This document shows, in pieces, positions 57,899 through 64,000 of a stretch of 64,000 nucleotides of DNA (position 1 is the first letter of the stretch; the number at the start of each line of letters is the position of its first letter). Origin of the DNA: Candidatus Krumholzibacteriia bacterium. Lineage in GTDB: Bacteria; Krumholzibacteriota; Krumholzibacteriia; LZORAL124-64-63. The notes under the pieces are model-generated. The model was not told the origin of the DNA. It worked only from the letters and a program-made list of their open reading frames with translations, and ran no database searches. The stretch covers positions 2,439 to 66,438 of the forward strand of contig JANTFX010000006.1 in NCBI GenBank assembly GCA_024763215.1, in the 5' to 3' direction. Both the position numbers and the translations under genes were made by a program.

Positions 57899-59590
57899 TT
57901 ACTTCCGGGGCGCCATCACGCCCGTATTGTCCCCGCCGGCGCTGACGAAATCGATGCCCGACCTGCCGGCACCGGCGCCTTTCCAGTACCAGAGGTCGAA
58001 ATGATCGGTATGCCCGCCTTTGGCATAGGTATCAGTGAAGGCGGCCCGGAACGAGGCCGGGAAGATCTGTTCGTGGGGGGGATACCAGTTGGCCTTGACG
58101 AACGGCTGCTGGCCGCGTGGCACCAGCCAGAGCCGCACCTCGCCCGAGGTCAGGGCCGCAGAGGTGGCCGGGGCCAGGGGCAAACCCGCCCGGCACCGGT
58201 CCATGACCGAGATGGGATCCACCAGGACCGGCTGTTGGGCGAAGGCCAGCAGGGGCCTGATCCAGGTTTCCCGGAATGATTCGTTCTCGCCTCCGCACGC
58301 CATGCCGATGGTCAGGCCCGGATGGGTGTCCATGATCTCGTGGATCTCCCTGGCGACCGCCGACGAATTGGTCAGCTCCCACGCCACCAATCGGGTGGAG
58401 CGATAGCCTGATACCGTACCCGCCAGCAGCAGGGTCGCACAGGCAGCAGCGGTCCAGGCGGACCGGTCCAGGAACGGCAGGCCCGCACCAGCAGCGGACG
58501 CCGAGGACAGCCGGCCGGCTGCCAGACCCGGCAGGACCACCATGATCGGCACCAGGGGCAGCAGATGCACGGGGCCGGCTCCGGGCTTGGCGGCGATGAC
58601 CAGGATCGGCAACAAGGCGCCGACGATGGCCAGCAGCTGGCCGCGCTCCCTCCGCAGCAACGCCCCCTTGTCGGGTGCAGCCATGAACAGGACCAGCCAG
58701 GGAAGCAGCAGCAGGAAGGCGAAACGCATCGTCAGGGGCAGATCCGTGGTCACCAGACCGTGATGGCAGGCCTCCTGTAGCCAGTGGAGGTAGTTGCCCA
58801 GGGAGATCGTGGGAAACAGGAGGAAGGGAGCCAGGACCAGGGGGGCAGCTCCCAAACCGGCGGCCAGGACCCATTTTCGGTCCCAGCGGGTGGAGGCCAG
58901 ATACAGGATGGGGATGAAGTAAAGGCCGCCATGGATCTTGAGGTTCACAGCGAACCCCAGCAGGGCCGCCAGACCCACCGCCCCCGGCAAGGGCCGAGAG
59001 CGGGCCGCAAGGTAGATCCCCATGCCGGTGGCGAAGACCAGCAGGGCATCAGGTCGCACCAGGTAGATCCCGAAGCCATGGGCCCAGTAAAGCAGGACGG
59101 CTGCAAGCACCGCCGCCGAAGCCAGCCACCGCCGCCGCTGGCCGGCCAGGGAAGCGTAGATGAACAGCAGGCTGGCCACAGCCCCCAGAAAGGAAGCCAT
59201 TTTGGCCGACAGCAGGGTGGGGCCGAGGAACCGGAGGAAAAGCCCGTTGGTAAGGAAAACGGAAGGCCCGTAGAGGATGCTGTACTGGTAGGGGGCGTCC
59301 AGCCCGTGGTACAGGGGCATGCCCTGCTGCCAGACCCAGGAGAGGCTGGAGACCAGCGGTTCTACCTCCCCGGCGAAACCGGGGTTGCGCACATACCAGT
59401 ACCCGACGGCGCAAAAAATGGCCACCATCAGCAGGCCGAACCAGCGCAAGGCGGCGTTCAAACGCTCGGGGCCAGGGTGGGGCCAGTTCCTCATCCTCTT
59501 GAGCAGGACGAACACCAGCCCGGTGGCCAAAAAGGTCCCCAAGACCTGCTGCGACAGGGAAATTCCCAGATCAAGGATGCTGCGGAACAT
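57899..59590 (-). CDS. Polytopic membrane protein, probable GT-C fold glycosyltransferase
   Basis: About 12 hydrophobic segments; acidic loop (GEVEP) then LY...Y.ILYGP, RPD, NLKIH and HLLP motifs reminiscent of ArnT/PMT-like GT-C proteins; soluble C-terminal domain. Start uncertain (59590-59641). Confidence 0.55.
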   Translation of the reverse strand: MFRSILDLGISLSQQVLGTFLATGLVFVLLKRMRNWPHPGPERLNAALRWFGLLMVAIFCAVGYWYVRNPGFAGEVEPLVSSLSWVWQQGMPLYHGLDAPYQYSILYGPSVFLTNGLFLRFLGPTLLSAKMASFLGAVASLLFIYASLAGQRRRWLASAAVLAAVLLYWAHGFGIYLVRPDALLVFATGMGIYLAARSRPLPGAVGLAALLGFAVNLKIHGGLYFIPILYLASTRWDRKWVLAAGLGAAPLVLAPFLLFPTISLGNYLHWLQEACHHGLVTTDLPLTMRFAFLLLLPWLVLFMAAPDKGALLRRERGQLLAIVGALLPILVIAAKPGAGPVHLLPLVPIMVVLPGLAAGRLSSASAAGAGLPFLDRSAWTAAACATLLLAGTVSGYRSTRLVAWELTNSSAVAREIHEIMDTHPGLTIGMACGGENESFRETWIRPLLAFAQQPVLVDPISVMDRCRAGLPLAPATSAALTSGEVRLWLVPRGQQPFVKANWYPPHEQIFPASFRAAFTDTYAKGGHTDHFDLWYWKGAGAGRSGIDFVSAGGDNTGVMAPRK

Positions 59591-59747
59591 GAGCAAGTTG
59601 CGTTGCTTTGACTCCTCGCCGGGTTGAACCGGCATCGCCACGGAGGCGAGATTCCGTCGCGATCACCATGGTGCTGTTCCAGAGGAGGATCATCCCAGAA
59701 AATCAAAATATGTCAAGAAAATACGGGAGCGGGAGTCCCGAAAATCA

Positions 59748-60131
59748 TCACGTCAGGCCTTCGGAGGCCAGAAAATCAATGAAATTATTCTGGTAAAGAC
59801 TTGTGAAATAAATGGCTGTGCGTTCGTGGATCTTGTCCATGTCGTCGGGGAAATCCCTTTGCAGGACATCCACCAGAGCTCCCAGGGAACGCTGGCCATC
59901 CATGGCCCGCCACAGATAGGAGCCGCGTTCCTCCAGGGTCACGAGGATGAATTTGCGCTGGGCAGGCAGGAGCCTTTGCATGTATTTACCGATCAACGGT
60001 TCACGGAAACGGGGCACCTTGAGGGTCACCAGGAGGGTGCCGGGGTCGAGGTCATGCTCGACCAGGGGCAAGGGCACCAGGTCCATCATATCCACCCCGG
60101 CCCAGCGCGATTTCCGGCGAAAAAACCCCAA
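59748..60131 (-). CDS. PqqD-family (RiPP recognition element-like) protein
   Basis: VTLKVPRF...VTLEERGSYLWRAMDGQRSLG.L...L..DF winged-helix pattern. GGAGGT precedes the TTG start. Confidence 0.75.
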   Translation of the reverse strand: MGFFRRKSRWAGVDMMDLVPLPLVEHDLDPGTLLVTLKVPRFREPLIGKYMQRLLPAQRKFILVTLEERGSYLWRAMDGQRSLGALVDVLQRDFPDDMDKIHERTAIYFTSLYQNNFIDFLASEGLT

Positions 60132-60212
60132 CCCTGACCTCCCGAGGGTGATGACCTTGCAGCTGGGCCCAATTTGTGCTTGAATACCATGAAACGCAAG
60201 GGGAGGAGTGCC

Positions 60213-60566
60213 ATGGAAAACGAGATCACCATTCGTGACCGCTGGCTGGCGGCCATATGTTATCTGTCAGCCCTGGTGTTCATCCCCATGCTGGCCACCG
60301 GCAAATCGGATTTCCTGGCCCGGCATTGCCGGCAGGGTTTCACGGTCTTCTGTCTGGAAGTTTTGTCGCTTTTCCTGTTGTTCATCATCGAGACGACCAT
60401 CGGCCGGATCCCTGTGCTCGGTTTCCTTCTCAATATCCTGCTCATGCTGGCGATTTTCCTGTTCTTCCTGGTCATCTCCGCCTTCGGTTTTTCCAAGGGT
60501 CTGTTCGGGGAATCCTGGCGGATCCCTTACATCGATGACTGGGCTGACAGGGTTCCCATCCATTAA
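60213..60566 (+). CDS. Small 3-TM membrane protein (DUF4870-like)
   Basis: LAAICYL..L..IP.....SDFL..H.RQG...IPVLG...G..WRIP.I. GGAGGAG Shine-Dalgarno. Confidence 0.7.
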   Translation: MENEITIRDRWLAAICYLSALVFIPMLATGKSDFLARHCRQGFTVFCLEVLSLFLLFIIETTIGRIPVLGFLLNILLMLAIFLFFLVISAFGFSKGLFGESWRIPYIDDWADRVPIH

Positions 60567-60615
60567 AATTCTCTATTCTTTTTAATGACAGGGTTTTATA
60601 TGTGTCCCTGATTTA

Positions 60616-60643
60616 TTTGCGCATAATGTATATTATGTTAAGT
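60616..60643 (+). other. Chromosome dimer resolution site dif (XerC/XerD target)
   Basis: TTTGCGCATAA-TGTATA-TTATGTTAAGT versus E. coli dif GGTGCGCATAA-TGTATA-TTATGTTAAAT (25/28 identical). Intergenic, AT-rich, between convergent genes. Confidence 0.92.
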
Positions 60644-60662
60644 TGCGAAAATTTGGAGAAAA

Positions 60663-61703
60663 TTAGGCCTTCCGGCAAAGCTCCAGAATCGCCTGCTCGA
60701 AGACCGCCCCCGGTTCCAGGGGTGATCCCTTGAGCCGGCGGTCGCATGCCAACGCGGTTTCCTGGGCGCGCACCAGGCCCGCCGGGCCCATGTTGGCCAG
60801 CAAGGATCCGAGGTACCTGAACGACCAGGGATTCTGCCCGGTCAATTTGCCTATGGATGCATCATCGAGGCCTTCTTCCCGGGCAAATTCCAGCAGATAG
60901 GCCCGCCTAATCCTGCTGAGGACCACCGGGGAAACTTCGTAGGGCGAGCGTCCCCATTCGGCCAGCCTGAACCAGGTTCCGAGCATTCTGGCTGCGGAAC
61001 CAGGCATGAGGTGTTCCGTGATCTCATACCCCTGCAACTCGGCCTGATCCATGACCAGATCCCGGATATCCTGACCGCTGAAACTCCGCCCGCGGTCGGC
61101 CTGCATCAGCGCGATCTTGTCCAGTTCGTTCTTGATGCTCATCAGGTCATCGCCGAGCAGATCAGCCAGCAAACCGGCCTTGTCCGCATCCAGTTCCAGA
61201 TCCAGGCGCTTGGCCGCCTTGAGGATCCATTGCACCAGCCCGGCACCGGTCGGGTTGGCGAATTCGAAGAAATAGCCAGCCTTGAGGGCGGTTTTGACCC
61301 AGGTCTTGCGCCGGTCTGCCTTGGTCATGGTCAAAATGAAAATGGTTTCCGGTACCGGTTTTTCCAGATAGCGCTCGAAATGCAGCAAGCTGGCCTGATT
61401 ATCCAGAAATTTGTCAGCATGTTTGACCAGAACGAGTTGCCTCCCACCCATCATGGGCAGGCTCAAAACCTGTTGAAAAACCTTTGCAGGATCACAGGTT
61501 TCACCATCAAAGGCATGATCATTGAAGGCTCCGGCCCCGCCGAGGGCCTCCTTGCGGATCTTCTGGATGACCCCCTCCTTGCGCAGGGCATCATCGCCGG
61601 CAAGGACATAGACAGGCCGGAATTCATTCCGTTTGAGGTCCTGGGTCAACAACTCCTGAAAGCCGGGAACCGTTGTTTTCCTGCCGCTGCCGCCGTACCC
61701 CAT
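60663..61703 (-). CDS. holA: DNA polymerase III subunit delta
   Basis: F.PVYVL.GD, LSLPMMGGRQLVLVK, YLEKP..ETI, D.RK, NELDK, D.RLKGS. Adjacent to lptE. Confidence 0.85.
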   Translation of the reverse strand: MGYGGSGRKTTVPGFQELLTQDLKRNEFRPVYVLAGDDALRKEGVIQKIRKEALGGAGAFNDHAFDGETCDPAKVFQQVLSLPMMGGRQLVLVKHADKFLDNQASLLHFERYLEKPVPETIFILTMTKADRRKTWVKTALKAGYFFEFANPTGAGLVQWILKAAKRLDLELDADKAGLLADLLGDDLMSIKNELDKIALMQADRGRSFSGQDIRDLVMDQAELQGYEITEHLMPGSAARMLGTWFRLAEWGRSPYEVSPVVLSRIRRAYLLEFAREEGLDDASIGKLTGQNPWSFRYLGSLLANMGPAGLVRAQETALACDRRLKGSPLEPGAVFEQAILELCRKA

Positions 61704-61704
61704 C

Positions 61705-62223
61705 CTACCAATCCTCCACGACCTGGGCGAGGATATCGCGGACGATCTCCTGCGCAGCTTCGGTCCGGGCCGACTCCTCGCTCGAGCCCTGAGGATCGTC
61801 CAGGACATAATTTCCGGTTCCGGTGAATTTCTTGTTCTCGAACAGGGTCTCGCCCGTATCCTTGAGGGTGAAGGTCAACACCACCGCGATCTGTACCTTG
61901 TACTCGGTCACGGTCAGATCCTGCCTGGCGAATTGCTCCTGGAGGTTGTACAGGGTCACCCTGCCGGTGATGATGCTGTCGGCCGATTCCTCGTCGACGA
62001 CCTTGAGGGTGTTGTCCTGCTGGATGGCGCTGATGACCTCATCGGTCAGGTCCACCCCGATATTGGGCTGGGGAGTAAGGTTCTCGAAGTAATCGACGTA
62101 AACCCTTTTGATGTTCTCGTCCACCCGCCCGCTGCTGGCCGAATACACACCGCAGCCAGAAAGCACCGAAACCATAACTAACATGATAACAGTGCATAAC
62201 CAGAAAGACTTCACCTTGTTCAT
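61705..62223 (-). CDS. lptE: LptE-family LPS assembly lipoprotein
   Basis: Lipobox LSGC-GVY, VYVDYFEN.T, ADSIITG.V..Y, C-terminal helix ending in W. Confidence 0.75.
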   Translation of the reverse strand: MNKVKSFWLCTVIMLVMVSVLSGCGVYSASSGRVDENIKRVYVDYFENLTPQPNIGVDLTDEVISAIQQDNTLKVVDEESADSIITGRVTLYNLQEQFARQDLTVTEYKVQIAVVLTFTLKDTGETLFENKKFTGTGNYVLDDPQGSSEESARTEAAQEIVRDILAQVVEDW

Positions 62224-63632
62224 GAATCCTTGCGCTCCCATTCTATCTGGTACTGCCGCATGCGGTATCGCAATTTGTCGCGATTGAGGCCCAGCATCCT
62301 GGCCGCCCTGCTCTGGTTGCCGCCGGTGGCCAGCAAGGCCTTGCGGACCAGCTTTTCCTCCAGTTGCCGCACGATGCCTTCCATGTCGATGCCCTCGGAG
62401 GGGAAGGGCTTGTCCAGCAAGGCCCCCACCGTGGCCGGGAAGGCCTCCTGGAAGTTGTCCTCCCCTGCCAGGACCAGATGCCGCCGCAGAAGCACCGGGC
62501 CCTCCTCCAGCAGGACGGTCCTTTCCATGAGGTTCTTCAGCTCGCGGATATTCCCCGGCCAATGATAAGCCAAAAGGGCCTCCTTGGCCTGGGGATCGAT
62601 TTCCTTGAAGTCCTTGCCGAACCGTTCGTTGAACAGGCCCATGAAGTATTCGGCCAGCGGGATGACATCTTCGGGCCGGGCACGCAGGGGGGGCAACCTG
62701 AGCTGGACCACCTTCAAACGATAGTACAGATCCTCCCGGAAAACGCGCTGCCGCACCAGTTCCGCCAGATCGCGGTTGGTGGCGGCGATGATCCTGACAT
62801 CGACCTGGATGTCCTCGGTCCCCCCCACCCGCCTGAAAACCATCTTCTCCAGGACCCGCAACAACTTCACCTGCACCTGCAGGCTCATCTCTCCGATTTC
62901 ATCCAGAAAAACGGTGCCGGAATGCCCGAGTTCCAGCAAACCCATCTTGCGGTTGACCGCATCGGTGAACGCGCCCTTCTCATGGCCGAACAACTCGCTT
63001 TCCAGCAGGTTTTCGGTCAAGGCGGCACAGTTGATCTCCAGGAAAGGGGCGTCCCGGCGTGAGGAGGCGCGGTGGATGAGGTTGGCCAGCACATCCTTGC
63101 CGACCCCCGATTCCCCCTGGATCAGGACCGTGCTGGAATGCCCCCGGGAAATCTTCTCGACGATGCGGTAGATCTCCTTGAAGACCGGGGAACGGCTGGG
63201 CACCGCCCCCGCATCGCGCAGCAAACCGGCCGGGGATTCAGGTCCGCCCGCGCTGTCCCGCTTGGCGTGGGATTCAGCCAGAGCCTGGCGGGCGACCTTA
63301 AGCAGGCGGTCGAGCTGGATGGGTTTGTTGAGGTAATCGAAGGCATTGAGTTTCATGGCCAGGACGGCCGTATCGGTTTCCCTGTAGGCCGTCAGGATCA
63401 CCACCGGCAGCCAGGGGAACTTCTCCTTGACCAGCCCCAGAATCTGGATCCCGCTCATATCGCCGAGCATCAGATCCAGCAGCACCAGATCCGGGGGCTC
63501 GCCGTGCAGGATTTCGGTGGCCTCGGCCCCGGTCCCGGCGGTGATGACTTCGTAACCCTCGCAGCCCAGGGCTTCCTGCAACCCTGCGCGCACTTTGGGG
63601 TCATCGTCAACGACAAGGATCACAGGTGGCAT
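62220..63632 (-). CDS. Sigma54-dependent response regulator (REC-AAA+-Fis HTH; NtrC/AtoC type)
   Basis: ILVVDDD, VLLD, GESGVGKD, ESELFGHEKGAFTDA, FLDEIGE, FREDLYYRL, WPGNIREL, GNQSRAARMLG. Alternative start 63686. Confidence 0.93.
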   Translation of the reverse strand: MPPVILVVDDDPKVRAGLQEALGCEGYEVITAGTGAEATEILHGEPPDLVLLDLMLGDMSGIQILGLVKEKFPWLPVVILTAYRETDTAVLAMKLNAFDYLNKPIQLDRLLKVARQALAESHAKRDSAGGPESPAGLLRDAGAVPSRSPVFKEIYRIVEKISRGHSSTVLIQGESGVGKDVLANLIHRASSRRDAPFLEINCAALTENLLESELFGHEKGAFTDAVNRKMGLLELGHSGTVFLDEIGEMSLQVQVKLLRVLEKMVFRRVGGTEDIQVDVRIIAATNRDLAELVRQRVFREDLYYRLKVVQLRLPPLRARPEDVIPLAEYFMGLFNERFGKDFKEIDPQAKEALLAYHWPGNIRELKNLMERTVLLEEGPVLLRRHLVLAGEDNFQEAFPATVGALLDKPFPSEGIDMEGIVRQLEEKLVRKALLATGGNQSRAARMLGLNRDKLRYRMRQYQIEWERKDS

Positions 63633-63737
63633 GGCCTCGACCGATAAATGCGGGTTAAGGAAGCGGTCACGGATTTCTGCGGGCATTATGGCCTCTGGGG
63701 TCCGGGCGTGCAAGCCGGGAAACAACCACTGAAAGGA

Positions 63738-64000
63738 TCAGGTACCGGTGCCGGGCAGGAATTCCAACAGGGTAAAGAGAAGGATCTGCAAATCCAGGCG
63801 CACCGTCCGCCGGGCCACGTACTTGCGGTCAAGCTCGCGGCGCCGCAACCAGGCCCCCATGACCTCTTCGCGGTCATCATCCAGCTGGGAAAGTCCCATG
63901 AGGCCGGGCTTGACCGCCGGCGCCACGGTCCGGTCCGGGAATTGCCGCTTCAGACGCAGGTACTCGGGCAGAGGAAGCGGCTGAGGGCCGAACAAGGTCA
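63738..64000 (-). CDS. Bacterial sugar (polyprenyl phosphoglycosyl) transferase, C-terminal fragment, divergent
   Basis: TLFGPQP...VKPGLMGLSQ...ELDRKYV...LDLQILL.T matches the Bac_transf C-terminus. 5' part is outside the window. Confidence 0.7.
   Translation of the reverse strand, partial: TLFGPQPLPLPEYLRLKRQFPDRTVAPAVKPGLMGLSQLDDDREEVMGAWLRRRELDRKYVARRTVRLDLQILLFTLLEFLPGTGT

Overview
High-GC bacterial chromosome segment. The taxon is inferred, not shown: an FCB-related lineage such as Krumholzibacteriota/Latescibacterota, judged from an FCB-type SecA, a FlgD-Ig C-terminal domain and a '..FGAVKALFR' C-terminus. It is almost entirely core housekeeping DNA: purC(part)-purH, an M6 protease, a lytic transglycosylase, secA, smg-topA-trmFO-xerC-hslVU-argF, dapFAB, rpsT, uvrC-xerD-trpS-scpAB-rluB-hisC-aroF-cmk/plsC-rpsA, mtaB-miaB-lapAB, mutS-(GAF protein)-mutL-miaA, DUF512 radical SAM-der-plsY-gpsA-merR, GT2-surE-pcm, apt, four tRNAs (Gly-CCC, Pro-GGG, Pro-CGG, Arg-CCT), then holA, lptE, an NtrC-type regulator and a partial sugar transferase on the minus strand. 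No IS, prophage or CRISPR was seen. The most notable item outside the ORF track is a near-perfect E. coli-type dif site at 60616-60643 (25/28 match). It lies where gene orientation flips, so the window probably spans the replication terminus, with xerC and xerD both within 46 kb of it. Other candidates for new biology: a small secreted protein with a probable C-terminal sorting motif and a structured AT-rich leader (48068-48933); a PelD-like GAF/degenerate-GGDEF protein with an intact RxxD site between mutS and mutL; a lipoprotein with 14 Bacteroidota-type O-glycosylation sequons; and an orphan PqqD/RRE.
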